Below are positions 17,725-27,654 of a stretch of DNA of 32,000 nt, piece by piece. The DNA is taken from the NCBI RefSeq assembly GCF_003367075.2, contig NZ_CP065936.1:2070001-2102000 (forward strand). Direction: 5' to 3'. The first letter of the stretch is position 1. Each line of letters begins with the position of its first letter. The DNA is from Cylindrospermopsis raciborskii Cr2010 (GTDB lineage: Bacteria > Cyanobacteriota > Cyanobacteriia > Cyanobacteriales > Nostocaceae). Under the pieces are notes generated by a model, which saw only the letters and a program-made list of their open reading frames with translations, made no database searches and was not told where the DNA came from. A program made the translations under genes and the position numbers.

Positions 17725-17754
17725 AAAAAACTCCCCATCCTAGACGGTGGGGAG
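17725..17754 (-). terminator. Rho-independent terminator downstream of the GH15 gene
   Basis: On the minus strand the sequence reads CTCCCCA-(10-nt loop)-TGGGGAG followed by TTTTTT. It lies 60 nt after the stop at 17815. Confidence 0.7.
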
Positions 17755-17814
17755 TATGAAGGAGACTGTTAATTTTTAGATCGGTAAAAATCTAAATGAT
17801 CACAAAGAGTGGAA

Positions 17815-20388
17815 TTATAACTTATCGACTTGTGAAACTTCCCCACTTACAGGAGTTTGTAAACTGTGTTTTTCAGCTTCTTCCCAGATAGTTTTACCAT
17901 TGGCATCAACTTTGACAAACTTGTACTCAAAGCTAGTAGACGCAGGTAAGGAGACCTTAACGCTCCAGGTAGGATAACTAACCGCAGAGAGCTTAACACC
18001 GGAAGTGGGTTCCCAATTGCCTAGTAAGGGACTATTGCCAACCAAATACACATTCTCACCTGGTTTTGTGGTTGCATTTTTAGCGGTGAAAGTCACATCA
18101 GTTTGGGGTTTGTCACAAGCGTAGCGTTGACAAACTACATCCGGAGCATCACTCTTACCATCTTTAACGGCTACAATCAGGTTAATATATTCACCCATAG
18201 CCCAGCTAAGAGGACGTATAGAGCGTGTGGAAGTGCCAGGAAGATGAGATGCGGGAGTAATTGTTTCCCAACCTGTAATGGTAGTGCTGTTATTCCAAAC
18301 TTGCTCAGGAATAAATCCTGCTTCTGAAGACATGACTTTCAGATCTTTCAGATATTTTTGACCAGCACACCCATTACCAGATTTAGCAATTTCGTAAATC
18401 CCACGTTCAGCGGTGAAAATTGGCCACAGACGACCACGACCACTAGTATCAAAATTACGGTCGTCATTGTATTCACCATAGCCATCGTAGTTATACCGGA
18501 ACCAAGCTTCCGCTTCTACACCATCCTTAGAAATGGTTTGTTTCAAAATTTCATCATATTCAGGAATGGTTTCTAGAATTGTCCAGTCGTTGGCACTCAT
18601 CACCCCTAAACGTACCAACTCTAAAAAGCCACCATCAATGATGTAGCGCTGATCATGTGTTCCACCACCATTACCATAGGTCAGTTGCACACCATCATTG
18701 GGATTTTTATCGCTGGTGATTCTTACATAATACTGTTTATTACCATGATAACCAGTAGTTGTAAATGTCCAATTGGCAACGTTATTACGCCACTCATCGG
18801 CTTTTTTGAGATAATACTCAGCCGCACCTGGATCATTGGATTTTTTAGCCAAGTCAGCTGCACAGACTAATCCTGCAATTTCAGCAGCAATGGTGGAAGG
18901 TGAATAACCACGCATTTCTTCCCAGCGTTCTTGCTGAGTATAGGGTCCATATTTGGCTAAATATTCAGCTGCTAACTTAATTTTAGGCCACAAATCCGTG
19001 CGGTTAAGTTTCCAAGCCAAGATGATGGGCATTCCAGTTTGGTCCATCTGGGTGCCATTCCAGTATATCCTACCATCTACATAGTTATTTTGTGGAAAAC
19101 GACCAGGACGAGAATAGGGATCATCACTGGTAGTAGTCTGCATCTGAACATTGAAGAAATAGTCAACAGCTTCATTAGCTGACTCTGTATCACCAGCAGC
19201 AATCAAAGAACTAGCAAATTTGAACAAGTCACGGGGCCAAACCAGGTGGTAACCACCTTGATTTTTATCAGTGTTAGTTTCTCCCCAAGGTGTAGCAGGT
19301 CCTGCTACCATCGCACCATTACTCTTGTCTTGAATACTCTTCAGATTCATTGCTGCTAGGTAGTACTGGTCATCAGCCAATCCATTTTGATCACTGAGTT
19401 TAGCAGTATAAGCTACCCATTCTTTGGTGTAATCATTTTCTACCGCAGCCAAATCACTATTTAGAGTAGCATTTGCTACATTCATGGCAGCTTGCTCACT
19501 GTTACCAAATGCCAGTGCCACGTCAAAAGAAATCTTGGTATCAGTGGTATTGCCAAAATCTACCCAGCCAATTTGAGCAACGTTTCCACCAACAGCATTA
19601 TCATAATGCCAGTCCATGGTTTTATCGCCTGCTCCAACAAAAAGGTCTGTATAGCCATCGTTTTGAGCCACAAACCCATTAGACACCATTAAAGTGCCAC
19701 CAACGGTCTTCCAAGGTAGGGAAGTAGTGACAGCTGAAGAGGTAGAATTAGGCTCGGAAGCGGCTAAAAAGGTTCGACCATTGGATGACAGAGTGCGAGA
19801 GTTATCTCCACCCGTTGCTTGTGGTCCACTACAAGTATTAGCAGCACTACCACTACCCGAATTGTTGATAGATGGATTATTCAGCAGGTAGAGGTTATAG
19901 TCTTGGACTGTCTTTCCTGGTTCAAGAGTAGCGAAAGTAACTCTTTCAATTACAGTAGGACGATTGGGATCACTAAAAAATCTCTTAGTAATTTTCCAAC
20001 GTTTGTCTTTATCTGTAGTTGTTACTTCCCACACCATGGAGCGTTTATTAACCTGAGTAACTTTATGGTCTTGCTTGCGCTCTTCGTCACCCCAGGTTCT
20101 TTTGGCATCGGTGACTAAAAATTGCAAGTCAACATTTTGCACGTTATCCACAGTGGGATAAAACACCTCTGTTAAAATACCTTCTCCACCAGTGAAATAA
20201 ACATTGGATTTTTTGCCGGCTGAAGTACCCACAAAATCCTTGACTGAGGTTGCCCACAAGGAGGAAGCTCCAGGTGCACAAGGTGCATTTTCCGCTAAAA
20301 CAATTCCAGGATCTAGAAATACTGAACCTAGAGATACACAGGCAAAAACAAGTGATGCCAGTAAAATTGATAACTTTGACTTTCGCAT
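17815..20388 (-). CDS. Secreted GH15 glucoamylase/glucodextranase with a C-terminal CBM20 starch-binding domain
   Basis: 'GGYHLVWPRDLFKFASSLIAAGD' and the overall layout fit a bacterial GH15 enzyme with a glucodextranase-type N-domain. The C-terminus 'PGENVYLVGNSPLLGNWEPTSGVKLS...YPTWSVKVSLPASTSFEYKFVKVDANGKTIWE' is CBM20-like. The start is set at ATG 20388 ('MRKSKLSILLASLVFACVSLG', signal-peptide-like). The track ORF extends to a GTG at 20436. Confidence 0.85.
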   Translation of the reverse strand: MRKSKLSILLASLVFACVSLGSVFLDPGIVLAENAPCAPGASSLWATSVKDFVGTSAGKKSNVYFTGGEGILTEVFYPTVDNVQNVDLQFLVTDAKRTWGDEERKQDHKVTQVNKRSMVWEVTTTDKDKRWKITKRFFSDPNRPTVIERVTFATLEPGKTVQDYNLYLLNNPSINNSGSGSAANTCSGPQATGGDNSRTLSSNGRTFLAASEPNSTSSAVTTSLPWKTVGGTLMVSNGFVAQNDGYTDLFVGAGDKTMDWHYDNAVGGNVAQIGWVDFGNTTDTKISFDVALAFGNSEQAAMNVANATLNSDLAAVENDYTKEWVAYTAKLSDQNGLADDQYYLAAMNLKSIQDKSNGAMVAGPATPWGETNTDKNQGGYHLVWPRDLFKFASSLIAAGDTESANEAVDYFFNVQMQTTTSDDPYSRPGRFPQNNYVDGRIYWNGTQMDQTGMPIILAWKLNRTDLWPKIKLAAEYLAKYGPYTQQERWEEMRGYSPSTIAAEIAGLVCAADLAKKSNDPGAAEYYLKKADEWRNNVANWTFTTTGYHGNKQYYVRITSDKNPNDGVQLTYGNGGGTHDQRYIIDGGFLELVRLGVMSANDWTILETIPEYDEILKQTISKDGVEAEAWFRYNYDGYGEYNDDRNFDTSGRGRLWPIFTAERGIYEIAKSGNGCAGQKYLKDLKVMSSEAGFIPEQVWNNSTTITGWETITPASHLPGTSTRSIRPLSWAMGEYINLIVAVKDGKSDAPDVVCQRYACDKPQTDVTFTAKNATTKPGENVYLVGNSPLLGNWEPTSGVKLSAVSYPTWSVKVSLPASTSFEYKFVKVDANGKTIWEEAEKHSLQTPVSGEVSQVDKL

Positions 20389-20600
20389 AAGGTTGAAAAC
20401 AAGGAGAACACTTAACTCATCAATTGTCATCGGCACAAGTAATAGTCGTATTAAATACTAACTATTATTAATATCACATTAGTAGATAGTAAATTAAAAA
20501 CTCAAAATCTACTTATGTTGATTGCTCCACTACCCACCCTCCACCCTCAAACTGTTGTAATGTCATGATTTTAACATAGTTATTTTGGCATCATTGTTGG

Positions 20601-22013
20601 TTAACAAGTTGTAATATTTTGGAGGAAACTAATACTAGGAGCAAAAAAATACTCTCCTCCTTTCATATTTACCCATAGTTTAAACGGGTGCTGTAAAGTT
20701 TTAGCCTGTCCCCAAGTTATTGGCCACTTTTGTGTTCCTTCTGGTTGACCAATGAGGGGATCTGGTCCAACATTAGCCTGAACAAAACCCCCAGCATTTG
20801 CCCATCTGGTTTGCATGAAATTGAACTGGTTTTCAATATCCGCTTGAAAACACATAAATAGTAGCCCTGAACCCTCTTCTGGTTCCTGTATGGGATTATT
20901 AGTTCCATAACTAACTCCCCTTCGGGCAATACGATGTTTTCTCTCCACGGCCAAAGCTTCATCAAATCCGGGAGAAGACACCACTTTTCCTGTGTCTCCA
21001 CGGGGGTTCATTTTGCGCACGTGGGCATGAAATGGGCATTTAGTTGCAGTAAGATCCTCATCATAATTAAAGTTATTAGTTGGATTGTGTAAAAAAGTTG
21101 GTATATCTGTAAGAGTCACTGGAGTGCCATCATAGAAACGACCTACAACTAAAGCTCCTGCTAAGTCCTCTTTCACCTTAAGAGCATTAGCTAATTCTTC
21201 CTGTGATTGTCGAAACGCCTTAATATTTTGTTCTAGCTTGCGATATACTAGGTAGCTACCATAGCTATCCTCCTTTTTGCCATTGGGGTCTGGAGTCAAA
21301 ATAATATCCAGAGAAGCTCTGGAGTCCCATTGGCTAAAACCACCATCTTGAACACGGGAGCGGACAACATCTCGCTTTAAAAAGATAGGTTGGCTCAAAC
21401 CGTCGACGAAGCCAAAGTGCTCAACGATTTGTCCCGCTTGATTTCGCAGGATAAATCCGTCTTCTCGATGCACAATACTAGCCACTTTGCGTAGTGATTG
21501 CATCATTTGATTTACCCCTTGCAGCAGGGCAATAATGTCATCATCCGCAATAAGGATTAATCCGTGAATTTGCTGTTGAAATCCAGGTTCCCACTTATCA
21601 ATTTTTGGATCTCCTAAAACAGCTCTGATGTCCTCATTTTTCATTCCCTGACGGAATGGGTTGTCTGCGGGAATCAAAAAGGGTTCAATTTCTAAATATT
21701 CATAACCTTTACATGATAAGAAAAAGTTGGTGAATAATCCACCTGATATTCTCTTTTGCCGATAGTTTACTGCTTCATCCGATTGCTGCTTAGCAGATTT
21801 TAAATACTTTTTGGCAAAATCCTCAATCCATTGCTTAACCTCAATGGTTTTATCTGGTTTAAACTCCACAAATAGGTGAACGCTATGGTCACGTCCATGT
21901 CCCCTGAGGATATTACCCTGTAAATCTTCCAGTAACCCCCCGTATTTGCCAGGATTTTCTGGGTCTATGCCGTCTTCTGGCAATTTCCGTAAATCTTCTT
22001 CTTTTAGTCCCAT
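20601..22013 (-). CDS. DyP-type (dye-decolorizing) haem peroxidase, long ~470-aa class
   Basis: The GXXDG motif is present as 'FGFVDGLSQP'. The proximal-His region is 'HAHVRKMNPRG'. 'IARRGVSYG' and 'FMCFQADIENQFNFMQTRW' are also present. The size is similar to the characterised Anabaena DyP (AnaPX). Confidence 0.9.
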   Translation of the reverse strand: MGLKEEDLRKLPEDGIDPENPGKYGGLLEDLQGNILRGHGRDHSVHLFVEFKPDKTIEVKQWIEDFAKKYLKSAKQQSDEAVNYRQKRISGGLFTNFFLSCKGYEYLEIEPFLIPADNPFRQGMKNEDIRAVLGDPKIDKWEPGFQQQIHGLILIADDDIIALLQGVNQMMQSLRKVASIVHREDGFILRNQAGQIVEHFGFVDGLSQPIFLKRDVVRSRVQDGGFSQWDSRASLDIILTPDPNGKKEDSYGSYLVYRKLEQNIKAFRQSQEELANALKVKEDLAGALVVGRFYDGTPVTLTDIPTFLHNPTNNFNYDEDLTATKCPFHAHVRKMNPRGDTGKVVSSPGFDEALAVERKHRIARRGVSYGTNNPIQEPEEGSGLLFMCFQADIENQFNFMQTRWANAGGFVQANVGPDPLIGQPEGTQKWPITWGQAKTLQHPFKLWVNMKGGEYFFAPSISFLQNITTC

Positions 22014-22055
22014 GGTTTGTTCTTTTTCGTAGATGTTAGTTGATTTACTCTGAGA

Positions 22056-22073
22056 GAGGACCCTAGGGTCCTC
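22056..22073. repeat. Perfect 18-bp palindrome GAGGACCCTAGGGTCCTC between the oxidase and DyP genes
   Basis: Read directly from the sequence. It lies in the 76-nt gap between the stop at 22090 and the start at 22013. Confidence 0.9.
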
Positions 22074-22089
22074 CTGTGCTGATTGTCAC

Positions 22090-24066
22090 CTAGCTAGCGG
22101 CTTCCAGTTTTACCATCTTGGCCATAGAAGGTTTACCTACATCATTTAGGTAAAAGATCATGTAGTAACCCGGGGGGTAGAGATTAGCATTTTCCGGAGC
22201 TCTGAAGACAATATTAGATGGACTAGATGAGTCTTTTGCAGTTGTGATCAGTCTTACATTCCACAATTCTGCCAACTTTTGTCCATAGTCGAAGGAATGA
22301 GTAACTGCTCCTAGCTTAACTAAAACCACAGAACCTGTTGCACTAGCATTTTTGACAAATAATACTCCAGGTTTGCCATATACCACGGTTGTTGGAGCAT
22401 CAAGTATTTCAGGCCGTGGTCCACTTTTGAATAAATAGGGCGGACTAAATATTTCAGCTTGCCAAATTTCCGCTGGCACAAAGGGTTCGCTATCTCCTTC
22501 TAGAAAGTAACTTTGAGGAGATTTGTAATACTCATCGACCGTAAATTCTTTCTTTTGACCAGATTTGTCCTTTAACTCAGGAAACTTGTAATATGTTTGT
22601 GGATCTCTGACCGCATTAACGTGTACAGTTCCATCTTTCTCTAGTGAAGCCCTATTGGCATTACCACCAATAACTAGAACACGAGCATCGGGCAATAAAA
22701 CCGCCCCATTATGGTATAGTCTAGGCAAGTTAGCAGGGTTCATACTCTTGGTAGTATAACCCCCGGGGGCTTCAGGATTAGGTGTCATTAACAAAGGTTC
22801 ATATACGGGTTTGTATTCCGGATATTGACCACCATTGACCACTAAAATCTCTTTGGTAGGTAGAATTACTGCTTCTAAATTGGCTCTAGGTTTGTCAAGA
22901 AAGTGATTGACTATTTCCCATTTGCCATTTTTCTCTCCACTCTTGTCCGGAGATACCCAGCGTTGCAAGCTATCAGCAACTCTAGAACCAGCAGGAAATC
23001 CTTTTGTGTTTCCCCCTCTACCAAAGTTAATATCGTTTGTGCCGATAATTCCGCCTAGTAAGAGCACATCTTCGCTATTGGGAACCTGTATAGCAGTTCC
23101 ATAGGCTTTAGATGTTTCAGCTTTTTCTGGACCTATTTCAAAACTGACTGCGAAACTCCCATCAGCATTTTCTTTGATAGACATCAAATAGGTTTTTTTG
23201 CTGGACTGGGAGACTAAAACTCCGCCAATACCACCATCATCTCCAGTAATTAGTAGTCTACCATCTTTGGTAGGAAATACTCTAGGATAAAGGTCTATCG
23301 TGTCGTAGCTATCAACATCCTTGAGTTTAGTGTTGAAGGGACTGTTTTTAATTCTTGTCAGGTCAACATAGGAAAATTTCTGGGTTTTGGGATCGTAGAT
23401 TTCCAAACTAGGGTTAATCTGGTTAGGAGCATCTAGCTTCAGACCGGAGAAAATCACCACCTTACCATCAGCTAAGGGAATTAAACTGGGATACCATCTT
23501 CCTTGTTTTAATTGACCTACAGTAGACCATTTATCAGTCTTCCAGTCATATATATTTACTTGTCTAGAACCGGTAAATGCTCCCCCTGGATAATAGCGTC
23601 CAGTACCACCAATAAATAGAACATTACCATCTGCTAATTGTAAATGACCAGAGCAGAATAAATCATTACTCTCACCAAATTGCATAGCAGGCGGAGTGGA
23701 AATACGCTTAAATTTTCCACTAACTGGATCAAACAAACTAGTATTGTCAACTATCTTATTGTCTGTGACATCTACTCCCTCAATAAACTTGTTATTGCCA
23801 TTTTCATCTTTGGTTAGAGTAGTACGAAAGCTACTTCCATTCAAGGTTAATACCTTACCATTGGGGAGAACGATGGTATGAATAGACTGCATCCGGTTTT
23901 CTGGTGGTGCAAGAGGAATAATTTCCCATGCTCCCATTTCTTTTTCGGATCCAACTGCTGGTAATGCTATTGTTTCCTCAACCCCACATAGGATGAGGGA
24001 CAAAGCCAGGAAAAAAGTCAGAAAAACTGATAGAATGTTAACCGACCTGTTATTTTTCAATACCAT
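22090..24066 (-). CDS. Glyoxal oxidase / galactose oxidase-like copper-radical oxidase (kelch beta-propeller plus C-terminal DUF1929/E-set), exported
   Basis: There is an N-terminal hydrophobic signal or anchor ('ILSVFLTFFLALSLILCG'). Repeated 'G...LVIGG' propeller blades are present, including 'RLYHNGAVLLPDARVLVIGGN'. The C-terminus 'VKLGAVTHSFDYGQKLAEL...PPGYYMIFYLNDVGKPSMAKMVKL' is typical of the family. Confidence 0.8.
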   Translation of the reverse strand: MVLKNNRSVNILSVFLTFFLALSLILCGVEETIALPAVGSEKEMGAWEIIPLAPPENRMQSIHTIVLPNGKVLTLNGSSFRTTLTKDENGNNKFIEGVDVTDNKIVDNTSLFDPVSGKFKRISTPPAMQFGESNDLFCSGHLQLADGNVLFIGGTGRYYPGGAFTGSRQVNIYDWKTDKWSTVGQLKQGRWYPSLIPLADGKVVIFSGLKLDAPNQINPSLEIYDPKTQKFSYVDLTRIKNSPFNTKLKDVDSYDTIDLYPRVFPTKDGRLLITGDDGGIGGVLVSQSSKKTYLMSIKENADGSFAVSFEIGPEKAETSKAYGTAIQVPNSEDVLLLGGIIGTNDINFGRGGNTKGFPAGSRVADSLQRWVSPDKSGEKNGKWEIVNHFLDKPRANLEAVILPTKEILVVNGGQYPEYKPVYEPLLMTPNPEAPGGYTTKSMNPANLPRLYHNGAVLLPDARVLVIGGNANRASLEKDGTVHVNAVRDPQTYYKFPELKDKSGQKKEFTVDEYYKSPQSYFLEGDSEPFVPAEIWQAEIFSPPYLFKSGPRPEILDAPTTVVYGKPGVLFVKNASATGSVVLVKLGAVTHSFDYGQKLAELWNVRLITTAKDSSSPSNIVFRAPENANLYPPGYYMIFYLNDVGKPSMAKMVKLEAAS

Positions 24067-24075
24067 TATTTTTGA

Positions 24076-25101
24076 CTACTTGGATTGTATTTTGCTCAAT
24101 TGTTTTTGGGTAATTTCAATGGCTGATTTTGCAATTTGATAGGCGCTCGGGTAAGCATTTGCACTGTCTTCACCAGGAATCCAAAACTTACGTCTAGTGA
24201 GTCGGAGCAACTCCTGAAATTCAGGAATGGCATTAAAAACTTCAATGGAAAAAGGTCCTTTGTAGACCGGTACAATTGGTTCTAAAAATGATTGCCAGGG
24301 GATCCAACTAGTGTGCACAGCACCCCTGTCTGGAGGAGATATTTGGATATAATGGAGTCTTCCTTCACGAGCTAGGTGTTCTACTTGAGTTTTAAATATT
24401 TCTGGCCCATCCCCGTCTAAAATTTCATGGGCACTATCAATAACTACTCCTACCTGTTTACTTTGTACTCCTCCCAAAAACTGAATTAATTGAGATAGTT
24501 TATTCGGTGCTGGCGTTTCCCAGTGGGTAATTGGTTCAATGGCTAATTTAACTTTCTTCGTTTCCGCGTACTTACCTAACTCATTTAGGATTGGTCGGGC
24601 GTTGTCATAACGGTTTTTTAGCTGTTCTTGTAGTTCATCACTCCAAAAATACTCTTTTTTAGGTTCTTTTCCACTAGATGGTTTTTCAGGAAAAGCAGCG
24701 TAGGGAACAATAATTGGACCCATCATGATTTCACCACCCAATGCTTGGGTAATATCAACCCTTGATTTCAAGTATTCTAATGCTTTTCTTTGTGTTTCTG
24801 GGTTTGATGAACTGGGATCTGCTGTGGGAGTAACTCCAACATTAGTACTAATTTTAATGTGACTTAATCCCTGTTGATCTAAATGACGGCGCAAGTTGGT
24901 ATAGTTAACTAAGTCTTCTGCGTATTTTGCTGATACATGTTCTGTCTCATTTGGTGCAGCAATGGGAAACTCAAATCCCGTATAACCATAACTTGCTAGC
25001 TCTTTAATATGTCGAACGACAGTCTCCCGGTACTGCTCATCATGGGGTTTCACATTGCTTGTGAACATGAAAAAACTAAAGTAAATTTCTTTGCCACTCA
25101 T
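24076..25101 (-). CDS. Sugar phosphate isomerase/epimerase family protein (xylose isomerase-like TIM barrel)
   Basis: Family-typical segments are present: 'GFEFPI', 'KLAIEPITHWETP', 'VVIDSAHE' and 'HYIQISPPDRG'. It lies 9 nt upstream of the oxidase gene, so co-transcription is likely. Confidence 0.7.
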   Translation of the reverse strand: MSGKEIYFSFFMFTSNVKPHDEQYRETVVRHIKELASYGYTGFEFPIAAPNETEHVSAKYAEDLVNYTNLRRHLDQQGLSHIKISTNVGVTPTADPSSSNPETQRKALEYLKSRVDITQALGGEIMMGPIIVPYAAFPEKPSSGKEPKKEYFWSDELQEQLKNRYDNARPILNELGKYAETKKVKLAIEPITHWETPAPNKLSQLIQFLGGVQSKQVGVVIDSAHEILDGDGPEIFKTQVEHLAREGRLHYIQISPPDRGAVHTSWIPWQSFLEPIVPVYKGPFSIEVFNAIPEFQELLRLTRRKFWIPGEDSANAYPSAYQIAKSAIEITQKQLSKIQSK

Positions 25102-25198
25102 ATATTATCTACTCACAAAAATTTAGTTGGGTTGGTAAGTCTAATGAAGGAGTATTTTGGGGTTTAAAATCCTAGCCTGGGGTTATCAACTAACTTAA

Positions 25199-25597
25199 TT
25201 AGGGTTTGTTATTCCAAATTTGGCGATCAATTTTCCATTTCCCATTTTGCCTTTTCATTATCCATAATGCATGAAAACGAACAGTTTTGGTAGGACCACC
25301 AGCTATGGGAGTAATTTGGGCTATGGAAAAGCCTATTACATAACCTAAATCGCCAATAACCCTGATTTCTTCGGCCGTAAATTTTGGATCTATATATTTA
25401 TCAGCGATCTGATTCATAAATCCCAGCTTAATATTAGCAGCTCCGCAACGGTTCGTATCATTTGGTGGCATCCAAACGGCATCCTGGGTATACATTTGAG
25501 TATAAACATCAGGATTACGTAATCTCATGGCATCTGCATAATCGCTCTCAAACACTTTCTTAATTTCTTCTACATCACTCAAATTCTGAACTTGCAT
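25199..25597 (-). CDS. SnoaL-like / DUF4440 (NTF2-fold) protein
   Basis: It is 132 aa with the pattern 'YTQDAVWMPPN...', 'VRFHALWIMKRQNGKWKIDRQIWN', which is typical of the NTF2-like ketosteroid-isomerase fold family. Confidence 0.55.
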   Translation of the reverse strand: MQVQNLSDVEEIKKVFESDYADAMRLRNPDVYTQMYTQDAVWMPPNDTNRCGAANIKLGFMNQIADKYIDPKFTAEEIRVIGDLGYVIGFSIAQITPIAGGPTKTVRFHALWIMKRQNGKWKIDRQIWNNKP

Positions 25598-25690
25598 AAT
25601 TCTATTCCTGATTCCTGGTTATGTGAGAGTAGAACTAGATTAGTTTCTACTCCCCACTCAAAAACTTGTTGAATAACCTAAAAGGAAAAA

Positions 25691-26791
25691 CTAAAAACCT
25701 ATTAGTTTTTGCAGGTATTGACGAGCCATAAGTGCGTATTGCAATGGTTCAGCCTTGTTAGGATCTTGCTCAGCTTCCACCATTAACCATCCTTGGTAGT
25801 TAACCTTAGCAAGCTCTTGTAAAATAGGCTGAAAATCAATGGTACCCTTGGGATCTCCAGGAACAGTAAATATTCCTGCACGAATGGAGTTTAAAAAGCT
25901 CCGACCAGTCTTCTTAGAATCATCTAATACCGACTGGCGAATATTTTTCAAGTGTACGTGCTTAATTCGAGTGGCATATTTTTCTGCTACTTTGAGAGGG
26001 TTAACTCCTGCATAGTACAAGTGACCAGTATCTAGCAGCAGATTTACATATTCAGGGTTAGTACCCTGCATTAGACGGTCAATATCCTGAAAGTTTTCTA
26101 CCCCAGTACCAATATGAGGATGATACATTAATTGCATTCCATTCTCTTTGGCCCTCTTACCCATTTGATTTAAACCCCTCAATAAATCACACCATTGTTG
26201 ATCATTAAAACGAGGTCTGTTGACTAATGGATCCACACCTTTATCCACACCGTTCTCGTCCAGAACTTTTTTCTGATGAACAGCACCACCTAATTCAGCC
26301 ACGACTATGGTGTTACCTCCTATAGCTTTCATGAAGGCTATTTGTTTCTCTAATTCATCAAAAGTCTCTTTAGCTTTACCTATGGTAAATTCGGTTCCTA
26401 CCCAAGGCTCAGAAATTGTCAGTCCCCTAATTTTTAACTCCCTTTGTAAATCCTCAATCGCTTTAGGAAATTTAGGTGCATTTTGTGTCCCCTTATAACC
26501 CGACAGTGCAATTTCGCTAAGGATTTGTTGGTATGGAATAGGGGGATTGAGATCAATAGTCAAATCATCACTGTTGCTCCACCCTGTTGGTGTAATACCT
26601 AACTTCACTTTTGCACTATCAAATGTGGGATCCAACAATGGTTTGGTTGTAGAGGAAACCAGGGACACTAATACCGAATTGGAATCACTGGTAGCAGCCA
26701 TTACGGTTAGTGGCAGGCTAGTAATGCCAACCAACAGTAAAGTAGCTAAAACTACTGATAAACGAAAGATCCTGCTAATTTTTGACAACAT
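25691..26791 (-). CDS. Xylose isomerase-like TIM-barrel protein resembling inosose dehydratase (IolE-like), with an N-terminal signal peptide
   Basis: The signal-like N-terminus is 'RLSVVLATLLLVGITSLPLTVMAA'. 'LGITPTGWSNSDDLTIDLNPPIPYQQILSEIALSGYKGTQ' resembles the IolE N-terminal signature. 'HVHLKN' and 'GWLMVEAEQDP' are typical of the fold. Confidence 0.65.
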   Translation of the reverse strand: MLSKISRIFRLSVVLATLLLVGITSLPLTVMAATSDSNSVLVSLVSSTTKPLLDPTFDSAKVKLGITPTGWSNSDDLTIDLNPPIPYQQILSEIALSGYKGTQNAPKFPKAIEDLQRELKIRGLTISEPWVGTEFTIGKAKETFDELEKQIAFMKAIGGNTIVVAELGGAVHQKKVLDENGVDKGVDPLVNRPRFNDQQWCDLLRGLNQMGKRAKENGMQLMYHPHIGTGVENFQDIDRLMQGTNPEYVNLLLDTGHLYYAGVNPLKVAEKYATRIKHVHLKNIRQSVLDDSKKTGRSFLNSIRAGIFTVPGDPKGTIDFQPILQELAKVNYQGWLMVEAEQDPNKAEPLQYALMARQYLQKLIGF

Positions 26792-26925
26792 GGTTCTTGT
26801 ACCCTAAGTCAATAATTGGTGTTGATTAAGTTACCTTTCATACCGCTTGTAAAAATGTATTCTAATCATGCTCTTAGAACATATAAAAACTCTGCGGTAT
26901 TAGTTTTGGTGGTTTTTTGGTTGTT

Positions 26926-27594
26926 TTATTTCAAGGCACCGAATTTAGACAGATCGCCATTGTAAATAGTACTGTCAGGCATTGTGGACTCAAATAAGTC
27001 GGTTTTAATGAATTTAGCTCCCTGAAGAATCGCCTTTGATAATTTTGCTCTTCGCATCTTACTTTCAGAAAAATCTGTGCCTGATAGGTTAGAACGGGAG
27101 AGGTTAACCTTTTCTAAGTTTGCAGACTTTACCACAGCTTCGGTTAAATTAGCATCGGAGACAATTGCTGAATTCAAATCAGAACTACTTAAATTTGCCC
27201 GGAACAAGTTGGCTTTATCTAGCAAGGCGTTATACAATTCCGCATGGAAGAGGTTAGCACTTGTTAGGTTGGCCCCTGATAAAACTATACCAGTCAAATT
27301 GCCATCGGATAAATTAGCACCCGTCAAGTTTGCTCCATCTAGCTTGGCATCATTCATCAGAGCCTTAGAAAGGTTAGTGTTAGAGAGATTGGCATTACTT
27401 AGTGCGCTGCCATATAAGTCCTTTCCTGCCAAGTCTAGGTTTGATAAATCACAACCAACACAGGAATTTGTTTCCAGGAGCTTATTATAGTCTTTGCAAA
27501 CAAAAGCCCGAGCTGGCAAGCTGAATACTGTCAGACTAAGAATTACGGCCAGAGCAATTGCGGAACCTTTACGCAAGCAAGATACAATGTTCAT
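26926..27594 (-). CDS. Pentapeptide-repeat protein with a signal peptide
   Basis: Tandem A(D/N)LxX pentapeptides run throughout ('ANLSNTNLSKALMNDAKLDGANLTGANLSDGNLTG...'). The N-terminus is 'AIALAVILSLTVFSLPARA'. Confidence 0.9.
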   Translation of the reverse strand: MNIVSCLRKGSAIALAVILSLTVFSLPARAFVCKDYNKLLETNSCVGCDLSNLDLAGKDLYGSALSNANLSNTNLSKALMNDAKLDGANLTGANLSDGNLTGIVLSGANLTSANLFHAELYNALLDKANLFRANLSSSDLNSAIVSDANLTEAVVKSANLEKVNLSRSNLSGTDFSESKMRRAKLSKAILQGAKFIKTDLFESTMPDSTIYNGDLSKFGALK

Positions 27595-27654
27595 TTTTGT
27601 TTGGGGAGAATACTTATTGGATGAAGTGCGGTTAGGGAAAGATCAACACTATGG

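Noticed and set aside
18103-20461. Plus-strand ORFs antisense to the GH15 gene: 18103-18327, 18358-18576, 18655-18870, 19473-19891, 19819-20118 and 20204-20461.
   Set aside because: They are embedded in a long, well-supported minus-strand gene and have no motifs. They are typical shadow ORFs.
20717-21001. A 94-aa minus-strand ORF inside the DyP gene in another frame. The same applies to 22907-23104, 23696-23881, 26307-26498 and 26547-26807.
   Set aside because: These are alternative-frame or antisense ORFs nested within long genes that have clear family signatures.
25627-25652. The inverted repeat GAGTAGAA...TTCTACTC between the IolE-like and SnoaL-like genes.
   Set aside because: It is an 8-bp stem with a 10-nt loop and no U-tract on either strand. 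That is too weak to call as a terminator or regulatory site without transcript data.
27077-27490. A 137-aa plus-strand ORF opposite the pentapeptide-repeat gene.
   Set aside because: It is the mirror image of a repetitive gene; the repeat periodicity keeps the antisense frame open. The minus-strand product has the canonical pentapeptide pattern and a signal peptide.
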